Shown here in pieces: positions 20,377-30,602 of a stretch of 64,000 nt of DNA. The translations under genes and the position numbers were made by a program. Numbering within the stretch: the stretch's first letter is position 1; each line of letters opens with the position of its first letter. Source of the DNA: an uncultured Acidobacteriota bacterium. GTDB taxonomy: Bacteria > Acidobacteriota > UBA6911 > RPQK01 > JAPXNP01. Under the pieces are notes generated by a model that saw only the letters and a list, made by a program, of their open reading frames with translations, made no database searches and was not told where the DNA came from. The stretch lies in assembly GCA_963777605.1 (NCBI GenBank), contig CAVZRV010000008.1, positions 32,001 to 96,000 of the forward strand, in the 5' to 3' direction.

Positions 20377-20477
20377 CGATATGACGTCCCGTGGAATTGC
20401 CGACCAATCATACTGGGGTGAGCCGTTCTCCGGGCGTCAATCTCTCCTATATTGTACGAAAACATTAGAATGGGGGG

Positions 20478-20861
20478 ATGACACCAGCAAAGATCGCTGT
20501 CGCCATGTTCCTGTTGGGTCTTACCCCGGTTGCTTCCTGTTCAAAACCGGCGGAATCCGGCAAGACCTTCACGGTTCGCGGAGAGGTTGTCGGCAAGCCG
20601 TTCGAGGGCCAGGCCCTGCGGATCAGGCATGAGACGATTCCCGGGGTGATGGAGGCGATGACGATGGATTTCAAATTGAAGGATCCTGCCGCGGGAGAGA
20701 AGATCCTGAACGGTGACAAGATCCGTTTTCGATACGTAATGAACGGTGTGGATTCCTACATCGACCGAATAGAGGTCCTCAACGCCGATACCAGTCTGGA
20801 TCTGGCCGGGGACAATGAGATGCAAGAGCACAATGCCGCCGACAATGGCGGGGCAAAGTAA
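20478..20861 (+). CDS. CusF-like copper-binding lipoprotein
   Basis: Lipobox VASC; HETIPGVMEAMTMDF. Confidence 0.85.
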   Translation: MTPAKIAVAMFLLGLTPVASCSKPAESGKTFTVRGEVVGKPFEGQALRIRHETIPGVMEAMTMDFKLKDPAAGEKILNGDKIRFRYVMNGVDSYIDRIEVLNADTSLDLAGDNEMQEHNAADNGGAK

Positions 20862-20876
20862 CGGAGGATCGAAAAA

Positions 20877-22115
20877 GTGAATCGAAGAGACCTTATTTCA
20901 GGAATTGCGGGGGCCGCCGTGGGAACCAGCCTGGTCGGATCCAGGAAAGTGTTGGCTGCGCCGGTGTCAGCGGCTTCGGCGGCGACCGCTTCCACCTCGT
21001 CCGCGGCATCGGCTGAGCAGGATTGTCCGCTTTCGCTGGTGGATTTCGAGCCGAAGAGCATGCTCCACGTTAAAGAGACTTATGTCCCTCGTCCGAAGTA
21101 TCCAGTGATTGACTTCCATTCCCACCTGGGGTGGTCGAGGTGGAAAGACGGCAAGTGGAACATCACTCCACTCAGCACTCCCGAAAAGGTCATCGATCTG
21201 ATGGATCGGAAGGGGATCCAACTCATGGTCCACCTGACCGGGGGTGCCGGGGAAGGATATGATGAGAGCCTGGCCTACTGGCAGATCCCTCATCCCGACC
21301 GTTTCGCCGTCTTCGTGGAACCCTGGTACGGTCGCATCAAAGAGGCCAACTACAGCAGGATTCTCGCGGACGATGTCGAGCGGGCTGCAAAGGCGGGCGC
21401 ACGTGGCTTGAAGGTCCTGAAGACGCTGGGGCTCTATCTCCGAGAGGACGGAGACCGGGGCCCGCTCGTCAAGGTTGACGACCCCCGTTTCGACGAAATG
21501 TGGGAAGTGGCTGCTGCCTACAAGCTCCCCGTCGCGATCCACACGTCGGACCCCGAGGCATTCTTCCTGGGGATTGATCGCTACAACGAGCGGTTCGAGG
21601 AACTGAATGCTCACCCTGACTGGTCATTCCACGGGAAGGACTTCCCGAGTGATCGCGAGCTCCAGGAAGCTCGCCTCCGAGTTATCAAGCGGCACCCGAA
21701 GACCACCTTCGTGGCCCTTCACGTGGCGAATTCCGAGAACCTGGACTATGTCTCGGAGTGTATGCGGACCTACCCCAACATGCATACCGAAATCGCTGCC
21801 CGGGTTGGAGAACTTGGGCGCCAGCCGCGGCGAAGTCGGAAGTTCTTCGATGAGTTCCAGGATCGGGTCATGTTCGGTACCGATGCCGTGCCGGGTGGAT
21901 ACGAAACTCCTCAACAGGTATTCGTGGACGAGCTTTACGATATCTACTACCGGTTCCTGGAGACCGATGACGAGTACTTCGACTACGCGCCTGCACCGAC
22001 GCCTCCCCAGGGACGTTGGAAGATCTACGGGATTGAGCTGCCCGACTCGATTTTGAAGAAGGTCTACTACGAGAATGCCGCCAAGCTTCTGAAGATGCCT
22101 GCATTGAAGGCTTGA
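20877..22115 (+). CDS. Amidohydrolase family (Amidohydro_2-like) protein with Tat signal
   Basis: NRRDLI; IDFHSH, GARGLK, PVAIHTSDP, DRVMFGTD. Confidence 0.9.
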   Translation: MNRRDLISGIAGAAVGTSLVGSRKVLAAPVSAASAATASTSSAASAEQDCPLSLVDFEPKSMLHVKETYVPRPKYPVIDFHSHLGWSRWKDGKWNITPLSTPEKVIDLMDRKGIQLMVHLTGGAGEGYDESLAYWQIPHPDRFAVFVEPWYGRIKEANYSRILADDVERAAKAGARGLKVLKTLGLYLREDGDRGPLVKVDDPRFDEMWEVAAAYKLPVAIHTSDPEAFFLGIDRYNERFEELNAHPDWSFHGKDFPSDRELQEARLRVIKRHPKTTFVALHVANSENLDYVSECMRTYPNMHTEIAARVGELGRQPRRSRKFFDEFQDRVMFGTDAVPGGYETPQQVFVDELYDIYYRFLETDDEYFDYAPAPTPPQGRWKIYGIELPDSILKKVYYENAAKLLKMPALKA

Positions 22116-22225
22116 GGTGGCCAATTCCCGATATTTGTCGGAACCGCTCGGGATTCCTCTCCGGGAGTGAGATCGTGGGCGGTTCCAACTTCGACACCGA
22201 GGCACAGCGAAAAAGCGAGATTCAC

Positions 22226-23161
22226 ATGAGACACTGCCTGAGATTTCATCGTCCCGCCTTCTTCCTCATCCTGTTGTTGCCGCTGTTCGGCTGCCAGACC
22301 ACGACGCAGACTGCTGAGCAGGAATCGTCGGCCCCGGCTGCCGTGAAGACCTCCGAAGAGAGCCTGATGGGACTGACTCTTGATCAGCCGGTGACGATCC
22401 CGGATGTTGGAGCTGCCCAGGGGTTGGAATGGAGGGACGGCCGCGTATACATATACGGGGACCGCACCGAAGGCATGATCCGAGAGTACCGATTGAGAGG
22501 CCGCAGCCTCGATTTCACCGGTCTCGAAATGATGCTGACCCTGGACGGGAAGGACACCATCTCGCACCCCACCGGATTGACCTGGCAGAAAGGGTTCGGC
22601 ACCTGGCTCGGAGACACCGTGAATGGGCAGGGTACGATCTACCACCTCGACTGGGATGCCCTCCAGAAGTACCGCACCCTCGACGGGGCTGTCCTGAAAA
22701 CGATCGCAGACGATCTTGCGGTTAACGGGACCCGGCCCGAATTTGTGCGTTTCGAGGGTAAGTGGTATCTCGCAACCGCCGACTATGGCGACAAGGACAA
22801 CGTCGTCCGGCTGTACGACCCTGAGAAGCTGGCACAGGCCTCCAGGACGAGTGATGAGGGAGTCCTGGCCCACTCCTTTTCATGCGGCCCCTGGGTTCAG
22901 AGCCTCTACTGGGATGAGCGTGCAGGTGCTCTCATGCTGGTACAGAATCAGGTTGAAGGCCTGAAGTGGCGCGTCAGCCTGCTCGACCTTGAAGCCTCCG
23001 TACTCGCGGGCCACTCGCAGGTACTCCAGGTGACGGATCTGCCTCCTCAGGACGAACTGGAGGGCTTCCACGAGATTAACTCGCAACTGGGGATTTTCGT
23101 TTCGAGTTCCAGGGAGAACAACCTGTACTTTGCTGATCTGGCCTGGGCCAAGGTCCGTTAG
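22226..23161 (+). CDS. Hypothetical lipoprotein, beta-propeller-like
   Basis: Lipobox LFGC; AAQGL, HPTGLT, WVQSL, ELEG blade-like motifs. Confidence 0.7.
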   Translation: MRHCLRFHRPAFFLILLLPLFGCQTTTQTAEQESSAPAAVKTSEESLMGLTLDQPVTIPDVGAAQGLEWRDGRVYIYGDRTEGMIREYRLRGRSLDFTGLEMMLTLDGKDTISHPTGLTWQKGFGTWLGDTVNGQGTIYHLDWDALQKYRTLDGAVLKTIADDLAVNGTRPEFVRFEGKWYLATADYGDKDNVVRLYDPEKLAQASRTSDEGVLAHSFSCGPWVQSLYWDERAGALMLVQNQVEGLKWRVSLLDLEASVLAGHSQVLQVTDLPPQDELEGFHEINSQLGIFVSSSRENNLYFADLAWAKVR

Positions 23162-23210
23162 GTCGGCAGCTCTCGTTCGCCATGCTAGAATTCTTCATGG
23201 AGTTGCACAA

Positions 23211-23753
23211 TTGCTCATTCGAGTTGGCCTGACTGTCGCTATTCTTCTTCTCCTGGTTGTGTCTCCTTCCCTTGCCGCCGAACCGTCTTTGTGTCACGCA
23301 TTTGTTGACTACGACTTCATCTGGACCCTGGAGGTTGTACGTCAACGAACTTCGGTGACGCCGATCCTGAACGCGATAGCCTTTTCGTCCGGTGAGTGGG
23401 AGGTCCAGCCGTCCCAGGTCAAGATCACCGACGACAAGGGGGGCGAGCGGAAGGTGGAGGATTTCTCGTTCGACTCGGGAGACCCGACCAGCCCCTACGT
23501 GAACCCCTACTTTAAGTTGCGGGGAGGGGAATTCATCGGGATGGACCTGATCGGTGATTTTGCCACGGTTGATGCCCTCAGTCGGGTTGAAATTGACGCT
23601 GGGAAGGACCGCTTCATACTCGAACCGATGGACTGCAACAGCTTTGAGGAGTTGGCCGACAAGATCGGGCAACTCGAGATTGGCACGGGCGATCAGGTCG
23701 CGACTTTTCAGATGCTGAACATCCCGCTGATGGGCACGCGCGAAGAGCGCTGA
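23211..23753 (+). CDS. Hypothetical secreted protein
   Basis: Signal peptide ending SLA-AE; TTG start with GGAG 8 nt upstream; start uncertain. Confidence 0.7.
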   Translation: MLIRVGLTVAILLLLVVSPSLAAEPSLCHAFVDYDFIWTLEVVRQRTSVTPILNAIAFSSGEWEVQPSQVKITDDKGGERKVEDFSFDSGDPTSPYVNPYFKLRGGEFIGMDLIGDFATVDALSRVEIDAGKDRFILEPMDCNSFEELADKIGQLEIGTGDQVATFQMLNIPLMGTREER

Positions 23754-23950
23754 GGCTGTTGGGACCGGCTTCGTTTGATGCGGTCCGCAATCGGCGAGAC
23801 TCAGGATGGGTCCGGAGCTTTTCCCGGTTGACTGCGATCGCCGACGGTTAGTTCAACGCCCAGCGCAGACCGGGCGGCCTGGTATCGGCTTGATGTCGTT
23901 TCGTCCCAGCGGGCCCCGGCGGAAGAGCTTTGCCGGAAGAGGAGGAGCAC

Positions 23951-25391
23951 ATGTCCAGTCACGAGATTCCTACCCTTGGCTATTTTTGTGGAGGCGAGTC
24001 CTGCCAGGAAGGCGATTCCCTTGCCGTTCGGTCTTGCTATACCGACAAGATTGTGGCCCAGACCTACCGGCCTTCGAAGGAGTCGATCGAGCGGGCCGTC
24101 GAACGCACTCGTTCTGCTGCAGCGGCCATGCGACGGCTCTCCAGTTTCGAGCGCGCGAAGATTCTTCGGACGATGTCGGAAAAGGTGGAAGCGGCGGCGG
24201 CTGAGTTCGTCCGCATGCTCGCACTCGAGGCCGGTAAACCGTGTCAAAGCCGGCACAGTAGAAGTGGACCGCTGCGTTTTCAATCTCAGGAACGCCTCCG
24301 AAGAGGCGCAGCGTCTCGAGTCCGAGTTGATCCCTCTCGATCTCTTCCCGGCTGCTCGAGGACGTTGGGGGCTGATCCGGCGTTTTCCGCTGGGGACGAT
24401 CCTCGCGATAACGCCATTCAATTTTCCACTGAACCTGGTCGCCCACAAAGTCGCTCCCGCGATCGCTTCGGGGAATTCGATCGTCCAGAAGCCGGCATCC
24501 AAGACACCGATCTGCTCCCTCATGTTGGCGCGGATCGCCTACGAGTCTGGATTGCCCGAAAACGCTCTTTCCGTGCTGCCCTGTTCGGGTGGCGAAGCCG
24601 GCCAACTGGCCGCTTCCGATCGCTTCGGCCTGGTTACTTTCACGGGAAGCGCGGAAGTCGGCTGGGGATTGAAACGGAAGGTAGCGCGCGGGCGGGTGAC
24701 TCTTGAACTGGGAGGCAATGCGGGCGTAGTGATTCACGGCGACGCAAATCTGGGAGATGCCGCCGCCCGCTGTGCTGCCGGAGGATTCTCTTACGCCGGA
24801 CAAAGTTGCATTTCGGTCCAGCGGATCTTCGTCCAGAAGGGCGTCTTCGATCAATTCCTCCAGAAATTCGTAGAGGAGGTGGGCAAGCTCAAGGCTGGGG
24901 ACCCGCTGGACGAAACCACAGACGTGGGCCCAATGATCAGTTTGGCCGACGCCGACCGGGTAGAGCAGTGGGTCGCGGAAGCCGTCTCGGGAGGGGCCAG
25001 CCTGCTGACAGGCGGCACTCGTGATGGAGCGGTTGTGAGGCCGACTGTCCTGACTAATACGCGAGATGCGATGAGAGTCAACTGTGAAGAGGTCTTTGGC
25101 CCAGTTGTTACGGTCGAGCCCTACGACGATTTTCCGTCGGCCCTCGAGAAGGTAAATGACTCGAGGTTCGGACTCCAGGCCGGCGTTTTCACTTCCGATT
25201 TCAATCAGATTTTCCAAGCCTTCGAGGCACTCGACGTAGGCGGAGTCGTCGTCAATGACGTGCCCACATTTCGTGCCGATCACATGCCTTACGGTGGAGT
25301 GAAAGATTCTGGAACAGGTCGAGAGGGTGCCCGCTATGCCATCGAAGAAATGACCGAGCGGAAGATCCTCATCATCAGGCGGGAAGGCTGA
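23951..25391 (+). pseudogene. Aldehyde dehydrogenase (lactaldehyde/GapN-like clade) with one +1 frameshift near 24241; true lesion or sequence error
   Basis: RBS GGAGGAG + ATG 23951 reads to LALEAGKP, then continues in the next frame: VKAG..EVDR, PFNFPLNL, FTGS, LELGGN, GQSCIS, EEVFGP. Confidence 0.85.
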
Positions 25392-25404
25392 GCCGGGTTA
25401 ATCG

Positions 25405-26427
25405 ATGAGATGGCATGTTGAACGGCAGAGACTTGAACTGATCCGTCCGTTTACGATTGCGCGCGGAACGAGTAGTTACCGGGAAACGTTGAGGCTGGAG
25501 CTGGAGCAAGAAGGAATCGTCGGATACGGCGAGGCGGCTCCGAACCTGCGCTACCAGGAGACGGTGGAAAGTGCCGCAGGAGCCCTTGAACAGCTGCCCC
25601 GGGAGTTGGGTGAGCTTCGTCCGGGGACCTTCCGGACGTTTATTGATTCACACCGCCAATTCCTCCGGAACCAGCATGCTGCAATGGCCGCCTTTGACAT
25701 GGCGGTCCTTGACTGGACCGGCAGGGCGAGAGGCGAGCCGGTCTTCGAAATGCTTGGCATCGATCCCATGCGGATGCCTCCGACCAGTTTTACCGTAGGA
25801 ATCGACAGACCGGAGGCGATGGCCGAGAGAGCCCGCGAACTTGCGCCGCACTACCGGGTTCTGAAGATCAAGCTGGGGACCGATCACGACCGTGATCTCG
25901 TCAGAGCCGTCCGGCAGGCTACCCAGATTCGGCTGCGGGTGGACGCGAACGAGGGATGGGGGTCTCCCGAGAGGGCTCTGGCCGAGATCGAGTGGCTGGC
26001 GGAACGAGGAGTGGAATTCGTCGAGCAGCCCCTTCCCGCGGCCCTTGATGAACGGATGCCGTGGCTCAAAGAACGCAGCCCGATTCCTTTGCTGGCGGAC
26101 GAAAGTGCGTGCTCGCTGAGAGACTTGTCCAGAGTGTCGGCAGGCTTTCACGGCATCAACGTGAAATTGATGAAGTGCGGCGGAATTCTGAGCGCTCTCG
26201 ACCTGGTTGCGGCCGCCCGCGAATGGGGGCTCAGCGTGATGGTCGGGTGCATGGTCGAATCCTCGTGCGGACTGGCCGCCGCGGCCCAGGTCGGCCCTCT
26301 GGCCGACTTCGCCGACCTCGACAGCAATCTCTACCTGTCGAATGATCCGTTTGAAGGCCACCCCGTAATCGGCGGTCGAGTGTCCCTCTCCCCGGCCCCA
26401 GGACTGGGCGTGCGCCCCGTTGATTGA
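25405..26427 (+). CDS. Dipeptide epimerase (L-Ala-D/L-Glu epimerase, enolase superfamily)
   Basis: PFTIARG, GYGEA, KIKLG, DANEGW, EQP, ADES, NVKLMKCGG, DLD. Confidence 0.92.
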   Translation: MRWHVERQRLELIRPFTIARGTSSYRETLRLELEQEGIVGYGEAAPNLRYQETVESAAGALEQLPRELGELRPGTFRTFIDSHRQFLRNQHAAMAAFDMAVLDWTGRARGEPVFEMLGIDPMRMPPTSFTVGIDRPEAMAERARELAPHYRVLKIKLGTDHDRDLVRAVRQATQIRLRVDANEGWGSPERALAEIEWLAERGVEFVEQPLPAALDERMPWLKERSPIPLLADESACSLRDLSRVSAGFHGINVKLMKCGGILSALDLVAAAREWGLSVMVGCMVESSCGLAAAAQVGPLADFADLDSNLYLSNDPFEGHPVIGGRVSLSPAPGLGVRPVD

Positions 26428-26566
26428 ACCGGGACTGCGCCCGGGCAGATTCTCGATTCCTTCAATCCAGCACTCGGCACCGGCGGTCGAAGATAAAGTC
26501 GGCAGTCAGAGCCATCCTCTCCGGATCGGAATTCCTGGTCTGTGAAGGGATGCGGGTTCGGAGGAT

Positions 26567-28303
26567 TCACAGCTTCTGTTCGGTCCGATCCTCGTGAGGA
26601 GTAATCACCAGCGTTGAGACCAGGGGCGACGCGGGCATTTCGGCTCTGGCCTCGGATTCGGGCAGTGCTCCGCCAAGCGACAGGATAGCCCGATCAGCAC
26701 TCCAAAAGACCGAGTCGGGCCGAAGTTCTTCCAGGAAGCCGGTTCGCACCAGGACTGATTCCACCCGTGGCTGCAGAGAGGCCAGCAGAAGCCGGCCGCC
26801 CCCGGCGCTCTGACGACGGAGGATCTCCCGAAGTACTTCCACTCCAGTTGCATCCACCAGGGGAACTCCCCGCATCGAGAGGATGACGGTGGCGGAAGGC
26901 TCGTCGCTGCCGTGGACCTGGTCGACGAGCTTGCGCGCGGCAGCGAAGAACAGTGGGCCGCTGAGGTAGTAGACGCCAATCGGATGCTCGGGATGGACGA
27001 ACCGGTGGCCTGCAGCGGCCAGTTTCGCCAGATCAACCGACTGGCGCGCGATCTGGAGGTCGCTCATCTGAGCCATAAAGATCAGGCTGCTGATCCCAAA
27101 GCCGATCACGATCGCCTGGGTCAGGTCGAGCACGACAGTCGCCGCCAGAGTTATGGCGAATGCAATGATGGCGTGTTTGAGGCGCCGGCTGAAATAGAAC
27201 CGAATGGCGTGCCACTCATTCATTCGCCATGCTGTTACTACCAGAACTCCGGCCAGTGACGCCAGCGGTATGCGGCCGATGATGGGAGCAAACAGCAGGG
27301 CGAAAGCCAGCAGCGTCAGCCCGTGGAAAACGGAAGAGAGGCGGGTCACCGATCCGCTCTTCACGTTGACGCTCGATCGGGCGATTGCGGCGGTTGCAGG
27401 GACCCCCCCGAAGAAGGGGATCAACATGTTCCCGACGCCTTGAGCCACCAGTTCGACACCATTGTGCATTCGGATCCCGGTCATGTTGCCAGCAACGGCC
27501 CCGCAAAGCAGCGACTCGATCGTGCCCAGCGCGGCGATCGACATTGCGGGGACCAGCAGTCCGGCATAATCAGCGTGAACGAGCGCTTCCAGCGAAAGGC
27601 GGTTGCTGAGGACGATCGACCGCGGAACCGCTCCGATGATCGCAACGTTCCAGCCGGACACCATGACGAATCCGGTGGCGGCAATGATCGTCGCAAGCGA
27701 TGAAGGAATCCAGCGGGAAATTGGGAGGCGGGGCCAGGCGACCATCAGAACGACACTCACCACCGACAGTATGAGGGCGTGGGGATTGGGTTCCGGGTGA
27801 CTGTTGACCAGCAAGAGGATTCGCTGAATGACATTTTCCGCCGGTGGGCTCATCACTCCGAGCAGGTTGTCGAGTTGCCCGAGGGCGATGATGAGCGCGA
27901 TCCCGCTGGTGAAACCGGAAATGACCGGGGCAGGGATCAGCGAAACGACACGCCCCAACTTCAGGATGCCGAGGAGAACCATCATAGCGCCGGCCATGAG
28001 TCCGGCGATCCAGACCCCGGCCATGCCGTTGCGGGCGGCCAGGACGAGCAGGACCGCCGACATCGCTCCGGTTGGTCCCGAGATCTGATACGGGGCCCCG
28101 CCCAGAGTCCCGATCAGGATACCCGCTACGATGGCCGTGACGAGTCCGGCCGAGGCGTCGGCCCCGGAGGCCACTCCAAACGCCAGCGCAAGCGGCAACG
28201 CCACCGCCGCTACGGCCAACCCGGCCAGCAGATCTTTCCTGGCTTTGGCCCAATCGTAGCCTCTGAACTCACTCCGAAGCAGCAGTCCCCATTCGTGGAT
28301 CAT
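26567..28303 (-). CDS. SulP family anion transporter with STAS domain
   Basis: DLLAGL.VA.VALPLALAFG, QISGPTGA, IESLL, PATAAIARS; STAS GPLFFAA, VDATG. Confidence 0.94.
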   Translation of the reverse strand: MIHEWGLLLRSEFRGYDWAKARKDLLAGLAVAAVALPLALAFGVASGADASAGLVTAIVAGILIGTLGGAPYQISGPTGAMSAVLLVLAARNGMAGVWIAGLMAGAMMVLLGILKLGRVVSLIPAPVISGFTSGIALIIALGQLDNLLGVMSPPAENVIQRILLLVNSHPEPNPHALILSVVSVVLMVAWPRLPISRWIPSSLATIIAATGFVMVSGWNVAIIGAVPRSIVLSNRLSLEALVHADYAGLLVPAMSIAALGTIESLLCGAVAGNMTGIRMHNGVELVAQGVGNMLIPFFGGVPATAAIARSSVNVKSGSVTRLSSVFHGLTLLAFALLFAPIIGRIPLASLAGVLVVTAWRMNEWHAIRFYFSRRLKHAIIAFAITLAATVVLDLTQAIVIGFGISSLIFMAQMSDLQIARQSVDLAKLAAAGHRFVHPEHPIGVYYLSGPLFFAAARKLVDQVHGSDEPSATVILSMRGVPLVDATGVEVLREILRRQSAGGGRLLLASLQPRVESVLVRTGFLEELRPDSVFWSADRAILSLGGALPESEARAEMPASPLVSTLVITPHEDRTEQKL

Positions 28304-28434
28304 TGCAACCAACGCAGTCTACATCAACAGGTTCGGCTGATGCCGTGGCGCCGTCGTCCTCCTAAAGAAAACGATATAATTCCCGATTGAAGTGCTATGG
28401 AAGGCGCCTCCTCTGCTGAAGTAGTGGACACTCG

Positions 28435-29064
28435 ATGAGAAAAACGGTTTGGTTTGTGAGGCATGGTGAGACGGACTGGAACGCGGAGATGCGTTGGCAG
28501 GGTCACACCGACATCCCCCTCAACAGCGCAGGTCGGAGTCAGGCGCAGGCGGCCTCCGAGGCCCTTCGCGGTCGGAAGCTCAAGGGCGTTCTGGCCAGCG
28601 ATCTGGGCCGAGCCCGGGAAACTGCTGAGATCATCGCTGAGCCTCACGGACTCCCGGTGTTTACCACCGACAAGCTTCGGGAAGTCGAAATTGGCGACCT
28701 GGAAGGGATGACCCGAGATGAAGTCATCGAATTCTATGGGGACGTTCGACTTCAGCCCTTGAGATCCGTCTTTGATCTCGACACCCCGTTCCCGAATGGC
28801 GAAACCAAGCGTGAGGCCCTCCACCGAGGCCTGACGGCGATCGAAGGCTTCGTGCGGTGGTGTCACGGCGAGGAAGTCGCCATCGTTTTTCACAGCCTCA
28901 TCCTGAGAGTCATCGTCCACGCCCTGTTTCCCGAGATCCGGGAACAGATTCACGTCCCAAACTGCAAGTTCTTTGAACTCGAGTTCGATGATGCCATCCA
29001 CGAGTGGACTGCCTGCGGGGAACTCCGCGAGTATCTGGAAAACGCCCGCGAAGCAACCGCCTAG
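28435..29064 (+). CDS. Histidine phosphatase (phosphoglycerate mutase-like) family
   Basis: VRHGETDWN, SDLGRA.ETA, LRE, GET. Confidence 0.92.
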   Translation: MRKTVWFVRHGETDWNAEMRWQGHTDIPLNSAGRSQAQAASEALRGRKLKGVLASDLGRARETAEIIAEPHGLPVFTTDKLREVEIGDLEGMTRDEVIEFYGDVRLQPLRSVFDLDTPFPNGETKREALHRGLTAIEGFVRWCHGEEVAIVFHSLILRVIVHALFPEIREQIHVPNCKFFELEFDDAIHEWTACGELREYLENAREATA

Positions 29065-29103
29065 GAGCATCTACGTTCCACGATTTCTGATTTGATTTGG
29101 GGA

Positions 29104-30464
29104 CTAAAATCTTTGCATCGGACTTCCGTTAGAGGTCAGGCTTGACTGTTGAAAGCCGTTTTCCGTCTGGAGCGCAAACAGAACGAAATCACAGGGAGCG
29201 GTCACCATCAACGTCCCCCGAAATTCCTCCGGCAACGTCTGACTGGCTTGAGGACTGTTCCCGCCGGGATTCCCGAAATACTCGCCGACATACTTTACGG
29301 TTGCCTGGCCCGGTTCACCATTGATGATTGCCAATCCGGTGAACTTGTCGTCATCACTGACGAACAACATCTTTATGGGAACATGCTGGAGAGGCTTCAT
29401 TATCTGGGGAATGTAGACCCCCACCCCAGTGTTATTGTCGATGGCTATCCCCCTTTCAATCTGCGTCCCCTTCTCGACGAAGATGGAATGGAAGGTGTCC
29501 GGCCGGCCGACCGAGATCCCGGCGCTCCCCTTCAGGGTGCCCTGGAGATCCCTGGTGTCGTAACGAACACTCAAGTCGAGGTTCGGGTTTCCGAGTCCCC
29601 AAGGAACGCTCACGGAAGCACCGAAGAACCCGATCGTGTCGTCGGGGCTCTTCACGTCGATCTGCTTGCTCGTTCCCGCCGGGATCACGAATTCGTGACT
29701 GGGCTTGATCATGTCGCCGATCTTGACCGCGGCCGGTTGCCCGGTTTGAATGTTGAGGAAATCGAGAGTGACAGGCCAGTCGATGCAGTCGGTGTTCGTG
29801 ATCTGGACTTTGCTGGAGACGCTGTAGTCCCCAATCAGGCCAGTGGGAATATAGGGGAGATTGAAGGAGTTGTTGATGATCTTACGGACCGATTCGGTGT
29901 TCCCATCCCAGTCGATGGAAATGTCTACCGGGATCGGAGCGTCGCCCGTTTTCAGCCCCTCCCAGAAGGCGTAATTGTACCGTCCAGTCGGCATCGTCGG
30001 CAAAAAGCCTCTGACCTGATCGATGGTCACGGTCTGCCCCGCAATATTCAGTCGTGGCTCGGTGGGCTCGGGAATCCCGTTCTGGTTTGTGTCCAGGTGG
30101 GCCCGGTTTCAGACCACGAAAGGAAGTACAGGGAATTGGTGATGTCTCGCTGGATGCTCTCATACTTGAATTCTCCGATTACCTGGTTTGTCGGCAATGG
30201 CCCGACCTGTACGCCCGCTGGGAAGGTAAATCGGTTCACCTCCGGTGGAGCCAGGCCCGGTTCGGTAATGGTGTATTCATTGAGGAACTTGCCTTTGAAC
30301 TTATTCGTGTTCCTCATTCTCAGAACCGCCTGCTGGGGGGATTCGAAGAGATCCAGATCAACCATTTTCTTGATCGAGAAACCTCTCAACGGACCATTTC
30401 TTTCGGCGATTAGCGTTGGAACTAACAGCACAGACAGGATGACGGAAAACAGGACTTTCCTCAT
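29104..30464 (-). pseudogene. Secreted hypothetical protein of about 450 aa, split by one frameshift near 30093
   Basis: Signal peptide MRKVLFSVILSVLL; adding one G (TGG-GAC) joins ...ETGPTW to DTNQNGIPEPTEPRLNIAGQTVTIDQ... of the 29104-30030 ORF. Confidence 0.65.
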
Positions 30465-30602
30465 CGTTTTTGCCTCCTTTGCGGCCGACACAGGTGGGCG
30501 GTTGTTGCTGGAGTTGTTGACTATTATTCACATATAGACAGAAAAAACAACACACTTCCCGGAGATTTCCTGCCGGGGCTCAATTTTCTCTTTCGAACTG
30601 CT

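Noticed and set aside
22140-22186. Intergenic hairpin GGAACCGCTC/GGGCGGTTCC as a REP or ncRNA
   Set aside because: Single copy in the window and no family features; probably an mRNA hairpin.
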